DNA of 64,000 nucleotides from Escherichia coli (GTDB lineage Bacteria; Pseudomonadota; Gammaproteobacteria; Enterobacterales; Enterobacteriaceae): NCBI RefSeq assembly GCF_003018115.1, contig NZ_CP027457.1; one strand, 5' to 3'. Shown piece by piece: positions 20,434 to 34,000 of this stretch (position 1 is its first letter; each line of letters starts with the position of its first letter). The notes under the pieces were generated by a model. It saw only the letters and a program-made list of their open reading frames with translations, ran no database searches and was not told where the DNA came from. The position numbers and the translations under genes were made by a program.

Positions 20434-20460
20434 AAAGTATATCACCAAGTGCAATACTTT
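20434..20460. promoter_or_regulatory. Inverted repeat upstream of the TA operon, candidate operator
   Basis: AAAGTAT (20434-20440) and ATACTTT (20454-20460) lie 21-47 nt upstream of the toxin start codon. Confidence 0.4.
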
Positions 20461-20640
20461 ATCCCTTATTCCCAACCCAATCGCGAAAATGCATATCAGC
20501 TTGCCCTATGATTTTTATTTCTTCGAGCAGCCTCGAACTTTTCCCACAACACCGTAAAAGTTGCAAAAACGTTAAATGCATCACACATTTCAATGTTAAA
20601 GTGGTCGGCTTTTCCCCTGAAACATGCCACGGGTAACACC

Positions 20641-21825
20641 ATGAGTGAATTTATTGCCGAAAACCGCGGCGCGGATGCCATCACCCGACCGAACTGGTCA
20701 GCCGTTTTCTCGGTGGCGTTTTGCGTCGCCTGTCTGATTATCGTTGAGTTTTTGCCCGTCAGTTTGTTGACGCCAATGGCCCAGGATTTAGGCATTTCGG
20801 AAGGGGTTGCCGGGCAATCGGTGACCGTGACCGCCTTTGTGGCAATGTTTGCCAGTTTGTTTATTACCCAGACAATTCAGGCCACTGACCGCCGCTACGT
20901 TGTTATTTTGTTTGCCGTTTTGCTGACGCTCTCCTGTTTGCTGGTTTCCTTTGCTAACTCATTCAGTTTGCTTTTAATTGGTCGTGCCTGTCTGGGGCTG
21001 GCGCTGGGCGGGTTCTGGGCGATGTCGGCGTCGCTGACCATGCGTCTGGTGCCGCCGCGTACGGTGCCGAAGGCGCTGTCGGTGATCTTCGGTGCGGTTT
21101 CTATTGCGCTGGTGATTGCCGCGCCGTTGGGCAGTTTTTTAGGCGAGCTTATCGGTTGGCGCAATGTCTTTAATGCGGCGGCGGTGATGGGCGTGTTGTG
21201 TATTTTCTGGATTATCAAATCATTGCCTTCGCTGCCAGGCGAACCCTCGCATCAGAAACAAAATACTTTCCGCTTATTACAACGTCCGGGTGTGATGGCA
21301 GGGATGATCGCCATCTTCATGTCTTTCGCCGGGCAGTTTGCTTTCTTCACGTATATTCGCCCGGTGTATATGAACCTGGCGGGATTCAGCGTGGATGGCT
21401 TAACGCTGGTGCTGTTGAGTTTTGGCATTGCCAGCTTTATTGGTACGTCGCTTTCGTCGTTCATTCTTAAACGTTCGGTAAAACTGGCCTTAGCAGGCGC
21501 GCCGTTAATACTGGCTGTGAGTGCGTTGGTGCTGACGTTGTGGGGAAGCGATAAAATCGTTGCGACCGGCGTGGCGATTATCTGGGGGCTAACTTTTGCA
21601 TTGGTTCCTGTCGGCTGGTCAACGTGGATCACCCGCTCACTGGCCGATCAGGCAGAAAAAGCCGGGTCTATTCAGGTGGCGGTTATTCAGCTTGCTAATA
21701 CCTGTGGCGCGGCAATCGGCGGTTATGCGCTGGATAATATTGGTCTGACTTCGCCGTTGATGTTGTCCGGCACATTGATGTTGCTGACGGCGTTATTGGT
21801 CACCGCAAAGGTGAAAATGAAGTAA
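20641..21825 (+). CDS. nepI: MFS purine ribonucleoside efflux pump
   Basis: About 394 aa from the ATG at 20641 ([20 protein letters not shown]...). The ORF-track start at 20593 is an extension. Confidence 0.9.
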   Translation: MSEFIAENRGADAITRPNWSAVFSVAFCVACLIIVEFLPVSLLTPMAQDLGISEGVAGQSVTVTAFVAMFASLFITQTIQATDRRYVVILFAVLLTLSCLLVSFANSFSLLLIGRACLGLALGGFWAMSASLTMRLVPPRTVPKALSVIFGAVSIALVIAAPLGSFLGELIGWRNVFNAAAVMGVLCIFWIIKSLPSLPGEPSHQKQNTFRLLQRPGVMAGMIAIFMSFAGQFAFFTYIRPVYMNLAGFSVDGLTLVLLSFGIASFIGTSLSSFILKRSVKLALAGAPLILAVSALVLTLWGSDKIVATGVAIIWGLTFALVPVGWSTWITRSLADQAEKAGSIQVAVIQLANTCGAAIGGYALDNIGLTSPLMLSGTLMLLTALLVTAKVKMK

Positions 21826-22026
21826 CGTATTTACAGGAGGGTTATTGCTCTGGCGGGAAAGCTCTCCTGTTCTGCCCCCTGATAACCCTTGATCAGGTAT
21901 TGTTCTTATCTTGTTGTTATTTCCATTATTCCGCCTGTATTCATCATTTGCTAATCATGAATCATCATTTTCCCTCATGTTAAAGAAAGGTCATTTAATC
22001 TGAACGCATAGCGACAGGGATGACAA

Positions 22027-25000
22027 ATGGCAGGGAAAGCGCATGGGAACGGCGATCGTCGGGGCGATAACACCATATGTGGATTGGGGGATCGTTTACG
22101 TCGTCTGACCGCCGGTATTTGCCTGATAACACAAACTATATTCCCTGTTATGGCCGCTGCCCCTACGCATATTAACCATGCGCATTCGGATACTGCCACG
22201 TCACTGATCCTGCCGAACGTTAAAACTATTCCATATACCCTGGGGGCATTGGAATCGCCATCAACGGTCGCGGCACGCTTTGGTATCACCGTTGATGAAT
22301 TACGTCGCCTGAATCAGTTTCGTACCTTTGCGCGGGGCTTTGACAATGTGCGTCAGGGCGATGAAATAGATGTGCCCCTCATTAACAGTAATAGCCTCGA
22401 AGCGCGCAACTTGAAAGCAATGCAGATGGAGCGCGACGGCAAAGATCCGCAAATGCAGGTCGCGGAAGTGGCGCAGCAAAGCGGAACACTTTTAGCTCGC
22501 GATATGGACAGCGAACAGGCGGCGAGTATGGCGCGTGGCTGGGTGGCTTCTTCTGCATCTGCGCAGGCAACGGACTGGCTCAGTCGTTGGGGAACTGCCC
22601 GGGTATCTCTTGGTGTGGATGAAGATTTCAGCCTTAAAAGCTCGTCATTTGAATTTCTCCATCCCTGGTACGAAACGCCGGATAACCTGGTCTTCAGCCA
22701 GCACACACTTCACCGTACGGATGATCGCACTCAAACCAACCACGGTATCGGCTGGCGTTACTTCACCCCGAGCTGGATGTCTGGCGTCAATATGTTTATC
22801 GATCATGACCTGACCCGCTATCACACCCGAACCGGGATGGGCGTTGAATACTGGCGCGATTACCTGAAACTGAGCGGCAACGGTTATCTGCGCCTCAGTA
22901 ACTGGCGTAGTGCACCGGAACTGGACAATGACTATGAAGCACGTCCGGCGAACGGTTGGGATCTTCGCGCTGAAGGCTGGTTACCGGCCTGGCCGCAGCT
23001 GGGCGGCAAGCTGGTCTATGAACAATATTATGGCGATGAAGTGGCGCTGTTTGGTAAAGACGAGCGACAAAACGATCCTCACGCGATTACCGCAGGTTTG
23101 AGTTACACCCCCGTTCCTCTGATCTCCTTTAGTGCCGAGCAACGGCAGGGCAAACAGGGAGAAAACGACACCCGAATTGGTATGGAGTTGACGTTGCAAC
23201 CTGGTCATTCACTGCAAAAACAGCTCGATCCAGCTGAAGTTGCAGCTCGGCGCAGCCTTGTGGGCAGTCGCTATGACCTGGTCGATCGTAATAACAATAT
23301 CGTCCTCGAATATCGCAAGAAAGAGCTGGTACGGCTGACGCTGACCGATCCGCTGAAAGGCAAGCCGGGTGAGGTTAAATCGCTGGTTTCTTCCTTACAG
23401 ACCAAATATGCGCTGAAAGGTTATGACATTGAAGCCGCCGCCCTGCAATCAGCGGGCGGAAAAGTAGCAGTTTCCGGCAAGGATATTCAGGTCACTATTC
23501 CTCCTTACCGATTCACGGCAATGCCTGAAACCGACAACACTTACCCGATAGCGGTTACAGCGGAAGATTCGAAAGGAAATTTCTCCCGGCGTGAAGAAAG
23601 TATGGTGGTCGTGGAAAAATCCACACTAAGCCTCGCCGATTCAACGCTTTCTGTCGATCTGCAAATCCTGCTTGCTGATGGAAAATCAACCTCAACGCTG
23701 ACCTATACCGCGCGAGATTCCAGCGGCAAGCCGATCCCCGGTATGACGTTAAAAACACAGGCAAAAGGTTTGCAGGATTTCGCCTTAAGCGAATGGAAAG
23801 ACAACGGTAACGGAACCTATACCCAAATAGTTACCGCCGGGAAGACGTCTGGCGCGTTATCGCTGATGCCGCAATTTAACGGCGACGATATCGCTAAGAC
23901 GCCAGCGCTGATTGCCATTGTAGCGAATACGGCATCCCGTGCTGACTCCACGATTGAGACAGACCAGGATAATTACGTCGCGGGTAAGCCGATAGTCGTT
24001 AAAGTGACCCTGAGAGATGATAACGGCAACGGGGTTACCGGAAGAAAAGAACTTCTCAAACAAACCGTTAAAGTAGACAACACGAAGGCTGATGCTGTTA
24101 GTGCCTGGACGGAAGAAAGTGAGGGAATTTACAAAGCAAGCTATACGGCCCATCTCATTGGCGACAAATTAACGGCCCAGCTAACGATGCCCGGCTGGCA
24201 AACCAAACATTCGGATGCGTTCAGTATTGCGGGTGATAAAGATACCGCCAAAATCGCTGCGATGCAGATCACCGCGAATAACGCAGTTGCCAGACGCGAT
24301 CACAATACCGTCGCTGTGACGGTCAGGGATGTGCATCAAAATTTACTGCAGGGACAAAATGTTACCTTCACGGTCGTGAATGGTGCGGCGGTTTTTGCCG
24401 ATCCAAACGGCGGTATTGTGACGACAGATAAAGACGGAATTGCCAGCGTTAACCTTGCCAGTGACCAGGCGGTAAACAGTCTTATCAAGGCCGAGATCAA
24501 TGGCAGTAGTCAGTCTGTGGAAGTGAGCTTTATCACTGGCGATATCTCGCAGCTGACCTCCACCATCAAGACGGACGATGTGTCATACACTGCGGGTGGC
24601 AAGATAAAAGTGTCCGTCACCCTTATGGATGAGCAGAAAAACCAGGTGAAAGGGATGGCTTCGCTGCTCGCGGGTAGCGGTGTGGTCGAGGTGAGCGGTA
24701 CAGATAAAAATGAAACGGGTAACTGGAGCGAAGAGTCTGACGGCGTTTATACCACCACCCGAACCGCGAAGATTGCTGGCGATCGCCATTACGCCACGCT
24801 GAAACTATCGACATGGAGTAGCGCGCAGCAATCCGATGCGTATGCCATCCGCGAAAGCGGAGCTGTGCTGGCTTATTCCTCCATCGTTACCGACAAAACG
24901 ACCTACACCGCGGGCGGTGCGATAAAAGTTACGGTGACACTCAAGGATAGCTATGAAAACCTGGTCGGGGGGCAACGAGACGCTATCAACCTGGCTATCC

Positions 25001-28000
25001 AGCTGCCAAATACAAAAGCGGAAAGCATCGCCTGGAATGAAGATCAAAAAGGAATTTATACCGCAACGTATACCGCCTTACTCCCTGGCACCGGTTTAAA
25101 AGCACAGCTACAGATGTCCGGCTGGGCGAACGCTCTGACTTCAAATGATTACAGTATTAGTGGCGATGCCGCCAGCGCACAAATTGTCGCGATGCAAGTG
25201 ACAACGGGTAACCCGGATGTGCTGGCAAATGGCAGCGATCGACATACGGTGAATGTCCGGGTGGAAGATCAGTTTGGCAATGTGCTGCCGGAGCAGACCG
25301 TCACCTTTACGGTGACGAAGGGGGCGGCTGTATTTGCCAATGCAGGGCAGAGCGCAGATATCAGGACGGATGCGCATGGTATGGCAGAGGTTGATCTGAG
25401 CAGTACCGTAGCGGATGCCAGCACTGTTGAGGCTAAGGTCAATCAAAGCAGCGATAGTAAAACGGTGAACTTTGTTGCTGATGTCAGCACGGCGCAGATC
25501 GCTGATCTGGTGGTCATTAAGGATGGCTCAGTGGCAGACGGTTCGACGGCGAACACGCTGCGGGTGAGGGTGACGGATGCGTTCGGTAATGCGCTGGGCG
25601 GGCAGACGGTCAGCGTGTTGGCGGACAACAGCGCAACGGTCGCTCCGACGGTTATCACCGAGCCGGACGGGACGGTGGAGATCTCTGTTACCAGCCAGAC
25701 GGCGGGAGTCAGTGCGGTCACCGCCAGTATCAACAACAGCAGCCTGAGCCGGAACGTGACGTTTGTTGCCGATGTCAGGACGGCGAAGATCGCTGATCTG
25801 GTGGTGATGCAGGACGGCTCAGTGGCAGATGGCACGACGGCGAACACGCTGCGGGCGAGGGTGACCGATGCGTTCGGCAATGCGCTTGCCGGGCAGACGG
25901 TCAGCGTGACTGCAGGCAACAGCGCAACGGTCGCTTCGACAGTGACCACAAAGCCGGACGGCACGGTGGAGATCAGTGTCACCAGCCAGACGGCGGGGAT
26001 CAGTACAGTCACTGCAACCATCAACAGCAGCAGTCAGAGCCGGAACGTGACGTTTGTCGCGGATGTCAGGACGGCGAAGATCGCTGATCTGGAGGTCATT
26101 AAGGATGGTTCAGAGGCGGACGGTGCGACGGCGAACACGCTGCGTGCGAGGGTAACCGATGCATTCGGAAATACGCTTGCCGGACAGACGGTCAGCGTGT
26201 TGGCAGGCAACGGCGCAACGGTCGCTCCGACGGTTATCACCGAGCCGGACGGGACGGTGGAGATCAGTGTCACCAGCCAGACTGCCGGAATCAGTGCAGT
26301 CACTGCAACCATCAACAGCAGTAGTCAGAGTCAGAACGTGACGTTTGTCGCGGATGTCAGGACGGCGAAGATCGCTGATCTGGAGGTCATTAAGGATGGT
26401 TCAGAGGCGGACGGTGCGACGGCGAACACGCTGCGTGCGAGGGTAACCGATGCGTTCGGCAATGCGCTTGCCGGGCAGACGGTCAGCGTGACTGCAGGCA
26501 ACAGCGCAACGGTCGCTTCGACGGTGACCACAAAGCCGGACGGGACGGTGGAGATCAGTGTCACCAGTCAGACGGCGGGGAGCAGTACAGTCACTGCCAG
26601 CATCAACAGCAGCAGCCTGAGCCGGGATGTGACGTTTATTGCGGATGTCAGGACGGCGCAGATCGCGGAGCTGGTGGTCATTAAGGATGGTTCAGAGGCG
26701 GACGGTGCGACGGCGAATACGCTGCGGGCGAGGGTGACCGATGCGTTCGGCAATGCGCTGGGCGGGCAGACGGTCAGCGTGTTGGCGGACAACGGCGCAA
26801 CGGTGTCTCCGACGGTTACCACAGAGTCGGACGGGACGGTGGAGATCAGTGTCACCAGCCAGACTGCCGGAATCAGTGCAGTCACTGCAACCATCAACAG
26901 CAGTAGTCAGAGTCAGAACGTGACGTTTGTCGCGGATGTCAGGACGGCGAAGATCGCTGATCTGGAGGTCATTAAGGATGGTTCAGAGGCGGACGGTGCG
27001 ACGGCGAACACGCTGCGTGCGAGGGTAACCGATGCGTTCGGCAATGCGCTTGCCGGGCAGACGGTCAGCGTGACTGCAGGCAACAGCGCAACGGTCGCTT
27101 CGACGGTGACCACAAAGCCGGACGGGACGGTGGAGATCAGTGTCACCAGTCAGACGGTGGGGAGCAGTACAGTCACTGCCAGCATCAACAGCAGCAGCCT
27201 GAGCCGGGATGTGACGTTTATTGCGGATGTCAGGACGGCGCAGATCGCGGAGCTGGTGGTCATTAAGGATGGTTCAGAGGCGGACGGTGCGACGGCGAAT
27301 ACGCTGCGGGCGAGGGTGACCGATGCGTTCGGCAATGCGCTGGGCGGGCAGACGGTCAGCGTGTTGGCGGACAACGGCGCAACGGTGTCTCCGACGGTTA
27401 CCACAGAGTCGGACGGGACGGTGGAGATCAGTCTCACCAGCCAGACGGCGGGCACCAGTGTGGTCACTGCCAGCATCAACAACAGCAGCCTGAGCCAGAG
27501 CGTGACATTTATTGCCGATGTCAGGACGGCGAAGATCGCGGATCTGGTGGTCATTAAGGACGGCTCAGTGGCAGATGGCGCGACGGCGAACACGCTGCGG
27601 GTGAGGGTCACCGATGCATTCGGCAATGCGCTTGCCGGGCAGACGGTCAGCGTGTTGTCGGACAACGGCGCAACGACTGCCCCGACGGTGAGCACAGAGC
27701 CGGACGGGACGGTGGAGATCAGTGTCACCAGCCAGACTGCCGGAATCAGTGCAGTCACTGCAACCATCAACAGCAGTAGTCAGAGTCAGAACGTGACGTT
27801 TGTCGCGGATGTCAGGACGGCGAAGATCGCTGATCTGGAGGTCATTAAGGATGGTTCAGAGGCGGACGGTGCGACGGCGAACACGCTGCGTGCGAGGGTA
27901 ACCGATGCGTTCGGCAATGCGCTTGCCGGGCAGACGGTCAGCGTGACTGCAGGCAACAGCGCAACGGTCGCTTCGACGGTGACCACAAAGCCGGACGGGA

Positions 28001-31000
28001 CGGTGGAGATCAGTGTCACCAGTCAGACGGCGGGGAGCAGTACAGTCACTGCCAGCATCAACAGCAGCAGCCTGAGCCGGGATGTGACGTTTATTGCGGA
28101 TGTCAGGACGGCGCAGATCGCGGAGCTGGTGGTCATTAAGGATGGTTCAGAGGCGGACGGTGCGACGGCGAATACGCTGCGGGCGAGGGTGACCGATGCA
28201 TTCGGAAATACGCTTGCCGGACAGACGGTCAGCGTGTTGGCAGGCAACGGCGCAACGGTCGCTCCGACGGTTATCACCGAGCCGGACGGGACGGTGGAGA
28301 TCAGTGTCACCAGCCAGACTGCCGGAATCAGTGCAGTCACTGCAACCATCAACAGCAGTAGTCAGAGTCAGAACGTGACGTTTGTCGCGGATGTCAGGAC
28401 GGCGAAGATCGCTGATCTGGAGGTCATTAAGGATGGTTCAGAGGCGGACGGTGCGACGGCGAACACGCTGCGTGCGAGGGTAACCGATGCGTTCGGCAAT
28501 GCGCTTGCCGGGCAGACGGTCAGCGTGACTGCAGGCAACAGCGCAACGGTCGCTTCGACGGTGACCACAAAGCCGGACGGGACGGTGGAGATCAGTGTCA
28601 CCAGTCAGACGGCGGGGAGCAGTACAGTCACTGCCAGCATCAACAGCAGCAGCCTGAGCCGGGATGTGACGTTTATTGCGGATGTCAGGACGGCGAAGAT
28701 CGCTGATCTGGAGGTCATTAAGGATGGTTCAGAGGCGGACGGTGCGACGGCGAACACGCTGCGTGCGAGGGTAACCGATGCGTTCGGCAATGCGCTTGCC
28801 GGGCAGACGGTCAGCGTGACTGCAGGCAACAGCGCAACGGTCGCTTCGACGGTGACCACAAAGCCGGACGGGACGGTGGAGATCAGTGTCACCAGTCAGA
28901 CGGCGGGGAGCAGTACAGTCACTGCCAGCATCAACAGCAGCAGCCTGAGCCGGGATGTGACGTTTATTGCGGATGTCAGGACGGCGCAGATCGCGGAGCT
29001 GGTGGTCATTAAGGATGGTTCAGAGGCGGACGGTGCGACGGCGAATACGCTGCGGGCGAGGGTGACCGATGCGTTCGGCAATGCGCTGGGCGGGCAGACG
29101 GTCAGCGTGTTGGCGGACAACGGCGCAACGGTCGCTTCGACGGTGACCACAAAGCCGGACGGGACGGTGGAGATCAGTGTCACCAGCCAGACGGCGGGCA
29201 CCAGTGTGGTCACTGTCAGCATCAACAACAGCAGCCAGAGCCGGAACGTGACATTTATCGCCGATGTCAGGACGGCGAAGATCGCTGAACTGGAGGTCAT
29301 TCGGGATAACGCGGTGGCAGACGGTTCGACGGCGAACACGCTGCGGGCGAGGGTAACCGATGCGTTCGGTAATGCGCTTGCCGGGCAGACGGTCAGCGTG
29401 TTGGCGGATAACGGCGCAACGGTCGCTCCGACGGTCATCACAGGGCCGGACGGTACGGTGGAAATCAGTGTCACCAGCCAGACGGCGGGCACCAGTGTGG
29501 TCACTGCCAGCATCAACAACAGCAGCCTGAGCCAGAGCGTGATGTTTGTCGCCGATATCAGGACGGCGCAGATCGCGGATCTGGTGGTCATTAAGGATGG
29601 TTCAGAGGCGGACGGTTCGACGGCGAACACGCTGCGGGCGAGGGTGACCGATGCGTTCGGCAATGCGCTTGCCGGGCAGACGGTCAGCGTGACGACGGAC
29701 AACGGCGCAACGACTGCCCCGACGGTGAGCACAGAGCCGGACGGCACGGTGGAAATCAGTGTCACCAGCCAGACGGCGGGGATCAGTACAGTCACTGCAA
29801 CCATCAACAACAGCACCCTGAGTCAGAACGTGACATTTATCGCCGATGTCAGAACGGCGCAGATCGCGAGTCTGGAGGTGACGCAGGATAACGCCGTGGC
29901 TGACGGCGCAATGGCGGATATGCTGCGGGCGAGGGTCACCGATGCGTTCGGTAATACGCTTGCCGGGCAGACGGTCAGCGTGATGGCGGACAACGGTGCA
30001 GCGGTCGCTTCGACGATGACCACAAAGCCGGACGGCACGGTGGAGATCAGTGTCACCAGCCAGACGGCAGGAATCAGTGTGGTCACCGCCAGCATCAACA
30101 GCAGCAGTCAGAGCCGGGATGTGACGTTTATCGCCGATATCAGGACGGCGCAGATCGCGGACCTGGTGGTCATTAAGGACGGCTCAGTGGCTGACGGCGC
30201 AATGGCGAATAAGCTGCGGGCGAGGGTCACCGATGCGTTCGGTAATGCACTTGCCGGGCAGACGGTCAGCGTGTTCGCAGGCAACGGTGCCACGACTGCT
30301 CCGACGGTCACCACGCAGCCGGACGGCACGGTGGAGATCTCTGTCACCAGCCAGACGGCAGGCACCAGTGCGGTCACTGCCAGCATTAACAGCAGCAGCC
30401 AGAGCCGGGATGTGACGTTTATCGCCGATGTCAGAACGGCGAAGATCGCTGATCTGGTGGTCATTAAGGACGGCTCAGTGGCAGACGGCGCAATGGCGAA
30501 CACGCTGCAGGTGAAGGTCACCGATGCGTTCGGCAATGCGCTTGGCGGACAGACGGTCAGCGTGACGGCAGGCAACAGCGCAACGGTCACTCCGACGGTC
30601 ACCACGCAGTCGGACGGTACGGTGGAGATCAGTGTCACCAGTCAGACGGCGGGGATCAGTACAGTCACTGCCAGCATCAACAACAGCAGCCTGAGCCGGA
30701 ACGTGACGTTTGTCGCGGATGTCAGGACGGCGCAGATCGCGGATCTGGTGGTCATTAAGGACGACTCAGTGGCCGACGGTGCAATGGCGAATATTCTGCG
30801 GGCGAGGGTGACCGATGCGTTCGGTAATACGCTTGCCGGGCAGACGGTCAGCGTGTTGTCGGACAACGGTGCAACGGTCGCTTCGACGATGACCACAAAG
30901 CCGGATGGCACGGTGGAGATCAGTGTCACCAGCCAGACGGCGGGGATCAGTACGGTCACTGCAACCATCAACAACAGCAGCCTGAGCCGGGACGTGACAT

Positions 31001-34000
31001 TTATCGCCGATGTCAGGACGGCGCAGATCGCGGACCTGGTGGTCATTAAGGACGGCGTAGTGGCAGACGGCGCAATGGCGAACATGCTGCGGGTGAGGGT
31101 CACCGATGCTAACGGTAATACGCTTGGCGGACAGACGGTCAGCGTATCGGCAGACAACAGCGCAATGGTCACTCCGACGGTGACCACGCAGCCGGATGGC
31201 ACGGTGGAGATCAGTGTCACCAGTCAGACGGCGGGGATCAGTACGGTCACTGCAACCATCAACAACAGCAGCCTGAGCCGGAACGTGACGTTTGTCGCGG
31301 ATGTCAGGACGGCGCAGATCGTTGATCTGGTGGTCATTAAGGACGACTCAGTGGCAGACGGTGCAATGGCGAATATGCTGCGGGCGAGGGTCACCGATGC
31401 GTTCGGTAATACGCTTGCCGGGCAGACGGTCAGCGTGACGGCAGGCAACGGCGCAACGGTCACTCCGACGGTCACCACGCAGCCGGACGGCACGGTGGAT
31501 ATCAGTGTCACCAGCCAGACGGCGGGGATCAGTACAGTCACTGCAACCATCAACAACAGCACCCTGAGTCAGAACGTGACATTTATCGCCGATGTCAGAA
31601 CGGCGCAGATCGCGAGTCTGGAGGTGACGCAGGATAACGCCGTGGCTGACGGCGCAATGGCGGATATGCTGCGGGCGAGGGTCACCGATGCGTTCGGTAA
31701 TGCGCTTGCCGGGCAGACGGTCAGCGTGATGGCGGACAACGGTGCAGCGGTCGCTTCGACGATGACCACAAAGCCGGACGGCACGGTGGAGATCAGTGTC
31801 ACCAGTCAGACGGCAGGAATCAGTGTGGTCACCGCCAGCATCAACAGCAGCAGTCAGAGCCGGGATGTGACGTTTATCGCCGATATCAGGACGGCGCAGA
31901 TCGCGGACCTGGTGGTCATTAAGGACGGCTCAGTGGCTGACGGCGCAATGGCGAACATGCTGCAGGTAAAGGTTACCGATGCTAACGGCAATGTGCTTGC
32001 CGGGCAGACGGTCAGCATGATGGCAGGCAACGGTGCAACGGTTGCCCCGACGGTGATTACAGAGCCGGACGGTACGGTGGAGATCCCTGTCACCAGCCAG
32101 ACGGCGGGAGCCAGTGCGGTCACCGCCAGTATCAACAGCAGCAACGCGAGCCGGAACGTGACGTTTATCGCCGATGTCAGAACGGCGAAGATCGCTGATC
32201 TGGTGGTCATTAAGGACGGCTCAGTGGCAGACGGCGCAATGGCGAACACGCTGCAGGTGAGGGTCACCGATGCGTTCGGCAATGCGCTTGGCGGACAGAC
32301 GGTCAGCGTGACGGCAGGCAACAGCGCAACGGTCACTCCGACGGTCACCACGCAGTCGGACGGTACGGTGGAGATCAGTGTCACCAGTCAGACGGCGGGA
32401 GTTAGCGCAGTCACAGCAACCATCAACAATCATAGCCTGAGCCAGAACGTCACCTTTGTACCGGGTGACGCATCGCAGCTCACTTCAACCGTTGAAACAA
32501 ATAAGTCTAACTACACGGTTGGAGAGACCATCACCATCACGGTAACGCTCCGGGATGCGTTCGATAATCTGGTAACCGGTGCAGCTTCACAGTTAGCCGC
32601 TAATAGTGTGCTGACGGTGGATGGCACCGACCCGTCAGAAACGGGAAGCTGGGTTGAATCAGGTGGCGTGTATACCACAACCCGAATGGCGACGATTGCC
32701 GGTAACGATCAGCACGCCAACCTGCAATTGCAGTCGTGGAGTGTTGGCGTAACGTCAGATCGCTATGACATACAGTCCGGTTCTCCGGCGCAAGCCACAT
32801 CAACTATCGCCACGGATAAAAACGCATACACCGCTGGCGAGACTATAACCGTCGCCGTGACGCTGAAAGATGCGCACGGTAACCTGGTTGAAGGGGGCGA
32901 GTCCTTACTGTCTGGTGATAACGTAACAGTGGAAGGAGCCGTACGTTCAGGAGAGTGGTCTGAAACTGCCGGTGTTTATACTGCTACATGGTCGGCGCAA
33001 ATGGCGGGAGACTCTCACCACGCGACGCTGACGTTGCCCGAGTGGGGCAGCAGTAAACAATCAGAGAGTTATTCCATCCACAGTGGTGCTCCGGTGCAGG
33101 CAAATTCTGCTATCAGGACAGATAAATCGGCATATATCGCCGGGGAGCCATTAACTGTCACAATAACGTTGCGGGATGAGTTTGGTAACCCTGCTTTAGG
33201 GCTGACATCAGAAGTCATCGAGTCTTATATCGATAATTTCGCGGTAGGTGGCGCAACTTCCGATTCTATGCAGTGGGTCGAGCAGAATAATGGTGAATAT
33301 ACCATTGTCTGGACAGCATGGGTTGCCGAGGAAAATCTGGTTGCCAGTCTGAAATTGAAAACATGGGCAACGGAGATTAAGTCCTCGTTATACGGAATAC
33401 AACCAGGTGCGGCGGAAAAAACTCAATCCACGATTGTCGCGGACAAAACGATATATATTGCTGGGGATAGCATAACGGTGACCGTTGTTCTTAAAGATGC
33501 CCAGGATAACTTTATTACTGATGGCGTTGTTCAGCTTAATGAGGAAAACGTACAAGTCAGGAATGCGGATCCTATCCAGGGCAATAATTGGGTTTACAAT
33601 GGCAATGGTATATATCAAAGACAGTATATGGCGCATTTTGCGGAAGCGAACTTGAATGCGCAATTGAAGATGACTGGTTGGAGCGATGCCAATTATTCAA
33701 ATAGCTACATGATTAAACCAGGTGAAGTAAGTATGCTTCGTTCACAGCTTCGTATACGCGAAGTTTTAGTGGTAGCTGGGGCGGATATACCTGTCAGTGT
33801 TTTATTAGCTGATGAATTTGGTAATCCTGTGAATGACGGTCTGGATTTGCTGACAGATGATGCAGTGTACTTACAAAATGTGGAAAAGAAACATTGGTCC
33901 AGTTGGACATTTGTAGGTGATGGCAGATATGAGCGTACCTATATGGCTTACAAAGAAGGAGAAAACTTAAACTCTTATCTACATATTAATGGTTGGTATG

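Noticed and set aside
21975-22289. 104-aa minus-strand ORF at the start of air
   Set aside because: It is antisense to the air 5' end, including the LysM-coding region, and has no independent support.
25443-32433. About 30 minus-strand and several plus-strand ORFs (60-306 aa) listed inside the air repeat array, many with identical translations
   Set aside because: They are antisense or off-frame shadows of a GC-rich, codon-biased tandem repeat. Their periodic recurrence at multiples of 291 bp shows that they follow the repeat structure and are not independent genes.
25465-32448. Regular 291-bp periodicity considered as a possible CRISPR or satellite array
   Set aside because: There is no repeat-spacer alternation. 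The whole unit is repeated and stays in frame within one long ORF encoding Ig-like domains. No cas genes are present.
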